A DNA stretch of 64,000 nt from NCBI GenBank assembly GCA_963676835.2, contig CAXXFF010000003.1, positions 384,001 through 448,000 on the forward strand. The letters are read 5' to 3'. Of the stretch, positions 9,907 through 18,863 are shown piece by piece (positions within the stretch are counted from its first letter, which is position 1; every line of letters begins with the position of its first letter). The notes beneath the pieces are model-generated. The model saw nothing but the letters and a program-made list of their open reading frames with translations, was not told the origin of the DNA and did not search any database. Both the position numbers and the translations under genes were made by a program. Source of the stretch: Marispirochaeta sp. (GTDB taxonomy: Bacteria; Spirochaetota; Spirochaetia; JC444; Marispirochaetaceae).

Positions 9907-9941
9907 AAGGGCCATCCGGAATTTTCCGGATGGCCCTTTTT
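9907..9941 (+). terminator. intrinsic terminator
   Basis: AAGGGCCATCCGGAA...TTCCGGATGGCCCTT followed by T residues. Confidence 0.85.
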
Positions 9942-10015
9942 ATTCAAGCACACTGATAGTACCGTCTTATCTTCGTTCACGCTCATAATGAATCAAACTT
10001 AAATAGTTTTAATTT

Positions 10016-10044
10016 TTGACAACACACGTCGCGTGTGTTATTGT
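10016..10044 (+). promoter_or_regulatory. sigma70 promoter with an embedded operator palindrome (ccdAB)
   Basis: TTGACA-17 bp-TATTGT; AACACACG-tcg-CGTGTGTT at 10021-10039. Confidence 0.7.
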
Positions 10045-10050
10045 ATACAC

Positions 10051-10269
10051 ATGAAAACGCGCATAAATGTCACTATAGACGATACAGTTCTTAAAGCGGC
10101 AAAACATCAGAATCTAATTCTCTCTAATATTCTGGAAACCGCTATCAGGCAGGAATTGTCCAGGATTGAAAAAAAATCATGGGAAGAGGAAAACCGGCAA
10201 TCCATTAATGCATATAATACTTACATCAGCAAAAAAGGTGTCTTCAGTGACAATATGAGAACCTTCTGA
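10051..10269 (+). CDS. ccdA: CcdA-family antitoxin
   Basis: MKTRINVTIDD (ribbon-helix-helix start) and W.EEN+.+I.AYN...GVFSD.+R.F C-terminus; 1-bp overlap with the toxin gene. Confidence 0.85.
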   Translation: MKTRINVTIDDTVLKAAKHQNLILSNILETAIRQELSRIEKKSWEEENRQSINAYNTYISKKGVFSDNMRTF

Positions 10270-10580
10270 TGCCTCAGTTTGATATTGTGGAAAATACAAG
10301 CAAATCTGCGGATGTAAAATACTTTTTAGTGCTGCAAGCAGATGCAATATCATTGCTGGATACCCGAATAGTAGCCCCGTTGAGACCGGCCGATTTGCAT
10401 CGGAAGAACCAGGTAGGAAAAATTCATATTTTAGTTGAAATAGATCAAACTGAGTTCATCATTTTTATTTCAGAAATGGCGGCTATTCCATCTGCTATTC
10501 TTGGTGAAATTGTGACCAATGTTTCATTTTTACGAACTGAAATTGTTTCTGCGATTGATCTTATTTTTACCGGGTTTTAA
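10269..10580 (+). CDS. ccdB: CcdB-family toxin
   Basis: MPQFD..N, LVLQAD...LDTRIVAPL and C-terminal AIDLIFTGF. Confidence 0.85.
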   Translation: MPQFDIVENTSKSADVKYFLVLQADAISLLDTRIVAPLRPADLHRKNQVGKIHILVEIDQTEFIIFISEMAAIPSAILGEIVTNVSFLRTEIVSAIDLIFTGF

Positions 10581-11134
10581 ATAGATAGCAAAATCTGCTG
10601 AATCATGGCCTGAAACATTTCATTATCAATTTCGTTTTTCAGATACTTGCGGATAGTCTTTCTGACAGGCTCAGGGAAACGGTTCCAGTAGATCTCTTCC
10701 CAGTCGCCGAACTCCTTCTCAAGAGCTGCCTTCTCCCCTGCATCAAGCTGCCCGGTTCCGGCGGCCACAAACTGCCGGATCATCTCCAGGAGAACTTCCC
10801 CGGGAACCCCTTTTTCCGTCATCGAACGGGTATCCGGGGTAGGAATCCAGGCGTTTATCAGTTGGTTCAGATGCTCTTCGGGAATATCCGGAGCCTCTTT
10901 TACAATCATTTCCACAGCGAAGTTACGGATCATATCCCGGATGGAATCGATGCTTCCGCCGATTTGCCCTTCTATATCCCGTGAGGTTTCCCGGGCAACA
11001 TTGCCTATATCAAGGCCTCCGTAACCCCGCTGCTTTTCCCGCCGGGCAAGGGCTGCCTTTACAGCAGCCAGTTCATCGGCGTCGGCATGGTTGAGTATAA
11101 AATCAAGAATAGGATAGATCCGGTTGGTATCCAT
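10577..11134 (-). CDS. hypothetical helical protein coupled to ychF
   Basis: 185-aa ORF whose start overlaps the ychF stop (TAATG). Confidence 0.7.
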   Translation of the reverse strand: MDTNRIYPILDFILNHADADELAAVKAALARREKQRGYGGLDIGNVARETSRDIEGQIGGSIDSIRDMIRNFAVEMIVKEAPDIPEEHLNQLINAWIPTPDTRSMTEKGVPGEVLLEMIRQFVAAGTGQLDAGEKAALEKEFGDWEEIYWNRFPEPVRKTIRKYLKNEIDNEMFQAMIQQILLSI

Positions 11135-12243
11135 TACACATTAAACTTAAAGAACATTACGTCCCCGTCTTTAACCAGGTACTCCTTACCTTCCATACGC
11201 AGTTTACCCGCTTCCTTAACTTTCTGCTCACTGCCGTACTGAAAAAGATCTTCACAGTGGTAAACATCGGCTTTAATAAAGCCCTTCTCAAAATCGGTAT
11301 GAATAACTCCGGCAGCCTGTGGAGCCTTGTCTCCCTCATGGAAAGTCCAGGCCCGCACCTCTTTTTCTCCGGCGGTAAAATAAGTCCGCAATCCGAGGGT
11401 GTCGTATGCCTTGCGGATAAGCTTTGAAAGCCCGGATTCCTCAAGGCCCGCATCCTGCAGAAACATCTCTTTTTCTTCCTCGGAATCGAGAGCCGCTATA
11501 TCCGCTTCAAGTTTACCGCTGATAATCACCATCTCGGCACCTTCCGATTCTGCAACTTTTTCAAGAGCCTTGGTGTAGTCATTACCGGATTCAATAGCAT
11601 CTTCACCGACGTTGGCTACATAGAGCTGTTTCTTCATTGTGATCAGCTGGAGCTCCTTAAGGACTTCAAGTTCATCTGTGGTATATTCCAGGCTGCGGGC
11701 AGCCTTTCCCTCACCAAGTACAGTCTGAAGCCGCTTTAAAACAGCATCTGCAGTTTCAGCCTTCTTTTTGATATCCTTATCCGGAGACCTCAGGCTTTTA
11801 CTGTTCTTCTCAAGCCTTTTATCCACTGTCTCAAGATCCGCCAGGGCAAGCTCAATATTGATAGTCTCCACATCGGAAACCGGATCAACCTTGTTTTCCA
11901 CGTGAGTTACATCGGGATCATCAAAACAGCGTACAACATGGGCAATAATACCCACTTCCCGTATATTGGCAAGAAACTTATTGCCCAGCCCTTCACCCTT
12001 GGAGGCGCCCTTAACCAGTCCTGCTATATCGACAAACTCAACCGCCGCAGGAATTATTTTCTGAGGCGGTATCAGTTCAACAATTTTATCCAGCCGTGCA
12101 TCGGGCACAGTGACCATACCGATATTAGGATCGATAGTACAAAAGGGGTAATTCGCAGCTTCCGCCGGAGCAGAAGTAAGTGCTGAAAACAGAGTCGATT
12201 TACCGACATTGGGCAGGCCGACTATGCCGCAGTTAAGTGCCAT
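11134..12243 (-). CDS. ychF: redox-regulated ATPase YchF
   Basis: [33 protein letters not shown] and C-terminal TGS domain ending FKFNV. Confidence 0.97.
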   Translation of the reverse strand: MALNCGIVGLPNVGKSTLFSALTSAPAEAANYPFCTIDPNIGMVTVPDARLDKIVELIPPQKIIPAAVEFVDIAGLVKGASKGEGLGNKFLANIREVGIIAHVVRCFDDPDVTHVENKVDPVSDVETINIELALADLETVDKRLEKNSKSLRSPDKDIKKKAETADAVLKRLQTVLGEGKAARSLEYTTDELEVLKELQLITMKKQLYVANVGEDAIESGNDYTKALEKVAESEGAEMVIISGKLEADIAALDSEEEKEMFLQDAGLEESGLSKLIRKAYDTLGLRTYFTAGEKEVRAWTFHEGDKAPQAAGVIHTDFEKGFIKADVYHCEDLFQYGSEQKVKEAGKLRMEGKEYLVKDGDVMFFKFNV

Positions 12244-12312
12244 ATAGTATATTCTCTCTTAATTTGAAGTATTTGCAGTAGAAAAACAGTATACGCTTAT
12301 CCACCGAACTTT

Positions 12313-13515
12313 TCAATCCGGGGCCTGAGTACGCTTTTCCGGAATCATAAAAATGAGCGGGAGAACCCCCAGAGACCAGACAACTACATAAAAATAGATA
12401 GTGCTGTAGCCAAAACGCTCTACAAGAACCCCTACAACAAACACTACCAGCGCCCGAACACTGAAATTGATAGTCATATACAGTCCGTTAGCCAGGGCGG
12501 GAGAGCGGGCTCCGGCATCCTGAACCAGAGCAAGCAGCACCGGCCCGGATGCAAACAGAAAGAAACCCAGGGTAGCGAGAATGGGAATATAAAACTGTTC
12601 AGGGGCCTTGAGGAATGCCCACATTAATCCAGGGCAGATCATCCCGGAGATATAAAGGGTATTCTTCCGACCGATTTTATCGGAGATCGACCCGGCGGAA
12701 AAAGTTCCCGCAGCCCCTGCAAACTGCAGTACGGAAAGCATAAAACTGGCTTCCACAAGAGACTTACCCTGATGCAGCAGATATGCCGGCAGATACAGGG
12801 TTACTGCAATTTTCAAGGCCATCATAAACGATGTATATCCGGTAATCGATCCGAACAGGGGAAGCATCTCTCTTATACCAGTGCCTGCGCCGGAATCATC
12901 TTTATGACGGGATGAATAAAGCTCCACATTCTTCAGCTTCAGGTACAGCAGAAAAGAGGCAATAAAACTGAAGGGAATAAGCTTCCAGGTACCCTCAAGT
13001 CCCCAGACAGTTATGGCGCCGGTAATAATAAGGGGCCCCAGAGTCCGTGAAGACTCCCCTGCCAGCATATACCAGCTCATTCCTCTACCAGTCTGTGTCC
13101 CTGCAAAGCGCTTTATCATCACCGGGGCCGGCACATGGAAAAATGAGGCACTTATACCCATAACCAGCAGCAGAATACAGGCAACTGCATAGCTGGGAGC
13201 AAGACCCAGAAGGCTCATGGTTATTGCCGTAACCACCGGAGTCAGAATAATAAAATAGCGGGTACGCAGCTTATCGACTATATAACCGAAAAGCGGATTT
13301 AAAAGGGAGGGAATATTGCGGATGGAATCCAGCATCCCCCCGAGGGCGAGGGAAATACCCAGTTTAGCCACCAGCAGCGGAACCAGGGGAGCAAGAAAGG
13401 CGGAATAGATATCGTGAAGCATGTGACCGAAGGAGACGGCTAGGACTTTATCGCCCTGATAGCCTGGGTCAGTATTTACATCTGCCGAGGCAGAGGAATT
13501 AGATTTGTCTGTCAT
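12313..13515 (-). CDS. MFS transporter (Fsr-like)
   Basis: About 12 hydrophobic segments; GHMLHDIY, FHVPA and GSISDKIGRK motifs. Confidence 0.8.
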   Translation of the reverse strand: MTDKSNSSASADVNTDPGYQGDKVLAVSFGHMLHDIYSAFLAPLVPLLVAKLGISLALGGMLDSIRNIPSLLNPLFGYIVDKLRTRYFIILTPVVTAITMSLLGLAPSYAVACILLLVMGISASFFHVPAPVMIKRFAGTQTGRGMSWYMLAGESSRTLGPLIITGAITVWGLEGTWKLIPFSFIASFLLYLKLKNVELYSSRHKDDSGAGTGIREMLPLFGSITGYTSFMMALKIAVTLYLPAYLLHQGKSLVEASFMLSVLQFAGAAGTFSAGSISDKIGRKNTLYISGMICPGLMWAFLKAPEQFYIPILATLGFFLFASGPVLLALVQDAGARSPALANGLYMTINFSVRALVVFVVGVLVERFGYSTIYFYVVVWSLGVLPLIFMIPEKRTQAPD

Positions 13516-13614
13516 CTTTTACCCGGATTTTTTTGAGAACCTGTCTCAAGATAGATACCATTATATAGAAAGAGAAATAAAGCTGTAAGCAGTTATTGGG
13601 ATATACTGATCTTT

Positions 13615-14823
13615 TTATTTCAGAGGGTGCCGGTAAAACCGTGCCAGCCCGCCCAGGGCGGTCTCCCGGTAATCCCGGGTAAGGTCCTTCCCCGTGCGGT
13701 ACATGGTCTCCACAACCTGGTCAAAACTGACCGCATGTCTGCCGTCTGAAAGCAGCGAATACACGGCAATCTCAACCGCCCTGGCTGCTGCCATGGCATT
13801 ACGCTCTATACAGGGAATCTGCACCAGCCCCATTACCGGATCACAGGTCAGCCCCAGATGATGCTCAAGCCCCATCTCCGCAGCGTACTCTACCTGAAAG
13901 GGTGATCCCCCTAAAAGATGAGCAGCCGCCGCTGCAGCCATGGCGCATGCGGTCCCTACCTCCCCCTGACAGCCCACCTCGGCACCGGAAATAGATGCAT
14001 TATGCCGAACCAGAATACCTATCAACCCGGCAGTAGCCAGAGCCCGGTATATACGCTGCTCCTTTACATCATGCAGATCCCGGAACCATGTAAGCACCGC
14101 AGGCAGCACCCCGGAACCGCCACAGGTAGGAGCGGTAACAACTACTCCACCGGCAGCATTTTCTTCAGACACTGCCAGGGCTGATGCAAAAAGATAACCG
14201 TAATCGTGGGTTACACCCGAGGAATGCCGCAGTTTTGCCTCATAGGTCGAAGCCTTGCGTCCAAGCTTCAAACCGCCGGGAAGGACTCCTTCCGCTGCCA
14301 GACCTCGTTTGACCGCAGCGCTCATGGCCTCCCATACATCTGCAAGATGAGCTTCCAGCCCGGGTTCTGTTGCGTAGGCATATTCCCATAATGGAATACC
14401 TTCATTTTTACAGTGATCAAGGATATCTTGAAGACTGGTAAGGGAATAAGTGGAGACCACTTCATTGAAGCCCGGATAAACGATTCGTCCTCCGCCGGTA
14501 CTGTATACCTCCCGGGACAGCATTATTTCATCCTTTGTGTTCCAGGCCGAAAAAACCATTCCGTTGGGATGTTGCTCCAGTTCTTTTTCCTTATACCAGT
14601 TAACTTCCTTAAGCCTGGACCCGAACATCTTTTCCAATACCCGGTCCGTACCGTGTCCCTTACCGGTAAGAGCGAGGCTGCCGTACAAATCCACAGTGTA
14701 ATATTCAGCACCGTCAGTTTCACCAAGAAAAAGCTCAGCCCCCCGTGCCGGCCCAAGGGTATGACTGGATGAAGGACCATTCCCGATACGATATAAAGAT
14801 TTTATACCTTCCATTTCTGCCAT
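13615..14823 (-). CDS. sdaA: L-serine ammonia-lyase (Fe-S, single chain)
   Basis: IGNGPSSSHTLGP, VTAPTCG, ISGAEVGCQGEVG and HHLGLTCDP..GLVQIPCIERN. Start placed at the ATG after GGAGG. Confidence 0.93.
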   Translation of the reverse strand: MAEMEGIKSLYRIGNGPSSSHTLGPARGAELFLGETDGAEYYTVDLYGSLALTGKGHGTDRVLEKMFGSRLKEVNWYKEKELEQHPNGMVFSAWNTKDEIMLSREVYSTGGGRIVYPGFNEVVSTYSLTSLQDILDHCKNEGIPLWEYAYATEPGLEAHLADVWEAMSAAVKRGLAAEGVLPGGLKLGRKASTYEAKLRHSSGVTHDYGYLFASALAVSEENAAGGVVVTAPTCGGSGVLPAVLTWFRDLHDVKEQRIYRALATAGLIGILVRHNASISGAEVGCQGEVGTACAMAAAAAAHLLGGSPFQVEYAAEMGLEHHLGLTCDPVMGLVQIPCIERNAMAAARAVEIAVYSLLSDGRHAVSFDQVVETMYRTGKDLTRDYRETALGGLARFYRHPLK

Positions 14824-14947
14824 GCCCAGACCTCCGGAAAACGGTAAGCTCAATACTATTATAAGGCTCAAAAGAAGTATTACACAATTCCAGAAAAATC
14901 ATTACAGCGAAGAGCTGCAGAAAGATGAAATAACATTTTTTAATATC

Positions 14948-15112
14948 CCGGGCGTCACCCGGCCACATGCTCACGCATGCGGCCGGGTCGGGCCTTGCGG
15001 GGCTCCGGCCCCTGCACCTAAATCCTATATCAGCTATTTTTATATACGAGGGCTCTACAGTAAGGATTTAGGTGCAGGGTCTGCCTCCGGCACCCCTCCA
15101 GTCCCTGACGCG
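14948..15112. repeat. GC-rich multi-hairpin intergenic (REP-like) element containing a 17-bp inverted-repeat module
   Basis: ACCCGGCC...GGCCGGGT hairpin, then CCCTGCACCTAAATCCT (15010-15026) and AGGATTTAGGTGCAGGG (15063-15079). Confidence 0.6.
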
Positions 15113-15246
15113 AAGGCAAGTGTAGAGCTTCTTACATGCGATTTCCCCTGTACAGCCTTCACTCACCTGCATTGCAGTTATTTTACCGGTGCACCGGACT
15201 TTACGAGAACCTCAGCAGTTCCCATCGGCTCCCGCAGGATTACCGC

Positions 15247-18200
15247 TTATCGGGCTTTAATCCCCAGGGGAAAATCATTCCCGAACATAAAAGTTGTTGG
15301 AAATTGAATACTGCTTTTATACCGTTCAGAAAGATTCGGGACCGCCTCGTCTATGTACAAACGCAGACTGGAAGCGGTTATCCTCCCGTCCCGGGTGGCA
15401 GCCTCTCCGCTGATTCCCTGAATAAGCGCATAGGTAAAAACCCCGTGCCCGAGCTGTGCAACCTCAGAGGCAAACTGTTCGTCATTGGTGGCTGTTAAAA
15501 TCACCGAACCGCTGGCCCGGGCAAGCTGCTTCAGGGCGATCTCTTCAGCCGCGCCGCGTACAGCAAAACCTTCCGCAAAAGCGCCGGAATTGCAGGCATC
15601 CACCAGAATCATTTGCTTGGTTGCAGGAATAGCTGAAAGCCGTTCCCGGAATTCGGCAGAGGACAAGCCGTGGGAGAGAATATTGTCGGTCCGGGTCATC
15701 TGGGTAACCTCGGGCAACACAAAATAGAAGCTGTTTTTCCCCTCATCCTCCATGGCTATCCCGTGACCAGCATAATAGAGAACAAACACATCATCCGGCT
15801 TCGAAGATGAAGTTACCTGATCAAGCATGCGTATAACATTTTCCCGGGTCAGGTTTTGTTCATACAGACTGGTTATCCTCACATTCCCGAAAAGTGTGGA
15901 TGAAGCCTGTCTAATAGAGGTCTCAAATGCCTTCGCATCAGCCAGTGCATAATTCAAATTGTATCTTGGATTTTTGTAGGAGTTAGCGCCAAGAATTACT
16001 GCATACAAATCCGGTTTTCCAGAGGAAGAAGACTGGTAACGGGCGGTAAAAGCTGCGGGAATACTCTGGGTTCGTTCACTGCTGAAGGCAACTGCAGAAA
16101 CCGTATTGTCGCCATTTGCAAGGGATATGGTAAAATACTCAACCACAGAGCCGGATGCTGCTGACCGCTGCAAACCTCTTACATTCCTTTCCAGAGCCTT
16201 GTTGTTGAGGTACAGCAGCATATTATCTATCCCCCCTCCCTGATCAACCGCTGTTACCTTTAACTCCAGCTGACCTTTAAATGATCCCGGAACAGAAAAG
16301 AGATTACCCGGAGTTATATATGCACCGTTTTCATTCTTCACTTCAACAGTAACCCTGGGCGGCAGGGAAATCCCGTCCTGTATCGATGCGTTCTGGTACT
16401 GCTGATACTCTTTCCCCTGAATAATAGCCGCCACAATATCAGGGCGGTTATACTTTTCAAAAAACGAGTCTATAGGATAGCAGTTCACACCCTCAACTAC
16501 GTAAATATCATTTCTGGCAATAGAATCGGAGCCTTGAAAATAACCTTCCGGAGTCCAGGTAAGCCAGTCGCCGGATTGCTGGGTAAAAGTGTATGAGAGA
16601 TCTTCCCCTGTCTGAATATTCATTAATTCAACCAGTCCGGAACTATGCGTTCTAAAAACAAGCTTGCTGCCGTCAGGGCTGAGCTCTCCGTAGGAGATCC
16701 AGTGGTACCTTTCAAATTCCCGCTTAATCCTTCCAGTTGCAGTTTCAAGGACGGTAAAGCCTATATCCCGGACAAACAGCACCATTTCACCTGTTCTTTC
16801 GGAAAAGGCTGTCCCATCAATGGTTTGAAATTGAGAAGAAAACTGACTTTTTGAAAAGGAATACCTCCAAATGAGATCTCCGGTCAAAAAGTCGTTGCAA
16901 TATAAAGAATGGTCCGAGGCATTACTATCGCTGCCCCAGAAAAGATATTTCCCATCAGAAGACATACTGAAAATGGCATCGTTACCCGGCGTATTCAGGG
17001 AGTAAGGTAGGGAATTACCCGTAGCGACATCAATCATTCGGTATTTGTTAATGTGCTGACCACTCTGATATTCCTTATAAACCAACCGATTAATTTCCGG
17101 ATGTACAAAAATCCGTCCTTTAATATTTTCTTTTTTCCACAGAAGTCTTCCGGTTGCAGTATCCAGTACTTCTATTGTATCGTTACTGAAGGATTTAAAA
17201 ACTTCATAGCGGCCGTCACCGGTAATGGCTGAGTAATCATTTATTCCAGGCTTTCTATGGGTCTGTACCTGAGCATCCGCATTCCTGCTGATAAGCTGCA
17301 TGCTGTCTGCACTAAATTCCCATTCAACATCCCGTTGCCCAATAAGAATAGATTTTCCATCATCACTGAAGTTGACGTCATAGATATTCTGCATGGTTAT
17401 ACCACCGAGGGATCCTTCCTGATGGCCATTGCTTCTATTCCAGAATTTTATTTCGTTTGTTCTGCTTTTAGTAATCAGATAATTCTGATATTTATCATAA
17501 CAACGAAAATAAATGTTGCTGTCATAAGTATTTGAATGAGGATCATCTGTTTTTACTCTGTAGAGTTTATTTGTTGTAAGGTTGTATCTTTTTAAACCAG
17601 GTAGACGTAAAGTTGATCCTTCATAGAATACATAATCCCCATCTTGGGAATGGATAATTTCACTGATGCTGAGAGCACCAGCGCCACCAATATCTTCCAA
17701 TCGGGTCCAGGTGTTCGTATTCAGGTCCCAAACACCTACATAATGTGTATACGGATTTTCCTGCCTTTCTGTTCCAATAATCTTTGAGAAATTACCAACT
17801 TTTGGATAAATCTCGATACCATCAATCGTTTTATATTCATTTGCCGTAAAAGTGTCTTTGCTCCATCGTTCCAAATAAGTGTTTCCATGTAAGTGGTATG
17901 CCAAAAGAAAATTACCATCATGGTCGCAATCAATAACCTCATGGGTATTCCAGAAATTAAAATCCTTAATCATTTGGCCAGTCGCCGTACTATAAATTCT
18001 TACCCAACTCTGCTTCTGTCCTTTGAAAATGACACCGGTAACAATAAGATATCTGTTGTCATATGAAAACTTAGCCGAAAATGTCCTGTCCATGGGCCCT
18101 TCAAGCTTGACTTCATTTCCTGTTTGAAGGTTTATCAGTGACGATATTTTCCCCCCGCCAAGATAATACATACTGCTGTCAGGGGAAAATTCAATAATAA

Positions 18201-18459
18201 CACTCCCCCCTCCGCTGTCATGTACATGTTCCCGAATACTGGCCCCGGTATTCCTGTAATCCCATAAAATAGATTTATCCCCTCCCCAGGACATCAGATA
18301 TTTACCATCCGGGCTTATCTTAACCAGGTTCGGGGAGCTTGAATGGCCAAGGTTAACCCTTACTTCAGCAGGCGAATTGTTTATGTTCTGTGAATATACA
18401 TTGATTAAAATGCTTATGGAGAAAAAGAGAAAAAACCCCAGTTTTTTATAGTTTTTCAT
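15247..18459 (-). CDS. exported WD40/beta-propeller plus caspase-like (peptidase C14) protein
   Basis: Signal peptide; repeated FSPD/ISPDG blades; WTPEGYF...FFEKYNRPD linker; catalytic YYAGHG and VDACNSG. Confidence 0.85.
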   Translation of the reverse strand: MKNYKKLGFFLFFSISILINVYSQNINNSPAEVRVNLGHSSSPNLVKISPDGKYLMSWGGDKSILWDYRNTGASIREHVHDSGGGSVIIEFSPDSSMYYLGGGKISSLINLQTGNEVKLEGPMDRTFSAKFSYDNRYLIVTGVIFKGQKQSWVRIYSTATGQMIKDFNFWNTHEVIDCDHDGNFLLAYHLHGNTYLERWSKDTFTANEYKTIDGIEIYPKVGNFSKIIGTERQENPYTHYVGVWDLNTNTWTRLEDIGGAGALSISEIIHSQDGDYVFYEGSTLRLPGLKRYNLTTNKLYRVKTDDPHSNTYDSNIYFRCYDKYQNYLITKSRTNEIKFWNRSNGHQEGSLGGITMQNIYDVNFSDDGKSILIGQRDVEWEFSADSMQLISRNADAQVQTHRKPGINDYSAITGDGRYEVFKSFSNDTIEVLDTATGRLLWKKENIKGRIFVHPEINRLVYKEYQSGQHINKYRMIDVATGNSLPYSLNTPGNDAIFSMSSDGKYLFWGSDSNASDHSLYCNDFLTGDLIWRYSFSKSQFSSQFQTIDGTAFSERTGEMVLFVRDIGFTVLETATGRIKREFERYHWISYGELSPDGSKLVFRTHSSGLVELMNIQTGEDLSYTFTQQSGDWLTWTPEGYFQGSDSIARNDIYVVEGVNCYPIDSFFEKYNRPDIVAAIIQGKEYQQYQNASIQDGISLPPRVTVEVKNENGAYITPGNLFSVPGSFKGQLELKVTAVDQGGGIDNMLLYLNNKALERNVRGLQRSAASGSVVEYFTISLANGDNTVSAVAFSSERTQSIPAAFTARYQSSSSGKPDLYAVILGANSYKNPRYNLNYALADAKAFETSIRQASSTLFGNVRITSLYEQNLTRENVIRMLDQVTSSSKPDDVFVLYYAGHGIAMEDEGKNSFYFVLPEVTQMTRTDNILSHGLSSAEFRERLSAIPATKQMILVDACNSGAFAEGFAVRGAAEEIALKQLARASGSVILTATNDEQFASEVAQLGHGVFTYALIQGISGEAATRDGRITASSLRLYIDEAVPNLSERYKSSIQFPTTFMFGNDFPLGIKAR

Positions 18460-18863
18460 GGAATAAGGCTCCTGTTGATCATTGCAATAAGATAAAACCG
18501 CAGGACAGCTTCAGTATTCTGATAACTGTAACGAGTAGCATAATTAAATTCAATATGTGCAAAAATGTAACTGATTGATCTCTAATATTATTTATAAATG
18601 TTTAATTTTTTGTGATTTTTGTTATTTGCGTGAGCATCAGATAAGGAAGCAGAGAGTCGGAATAAATAACGGGAATTGCCTGACAATTATATGGCATTAT
18701 ATTTTAGGATTGACTTGAAGAATGGTTTAATCTACGCAGGCTCCGCTAGGCCGTAATCTTCGATTACCTTGTGTTCGCGCATTTGACCTTGCATAGTCGC
18801 GCTGATCTCAAAAATCGGCGGGCTTTTTGTAACCGTCAATTAAACCTCACCCAGAGAAAAAAA

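Noticed and set aside
14822..15307. 161-aa ORF across the sdaA-caspase intergenic region
   Set aside because: It reads through the palindromic repeat, overlaps both neighbours and has no recognisable motifs.
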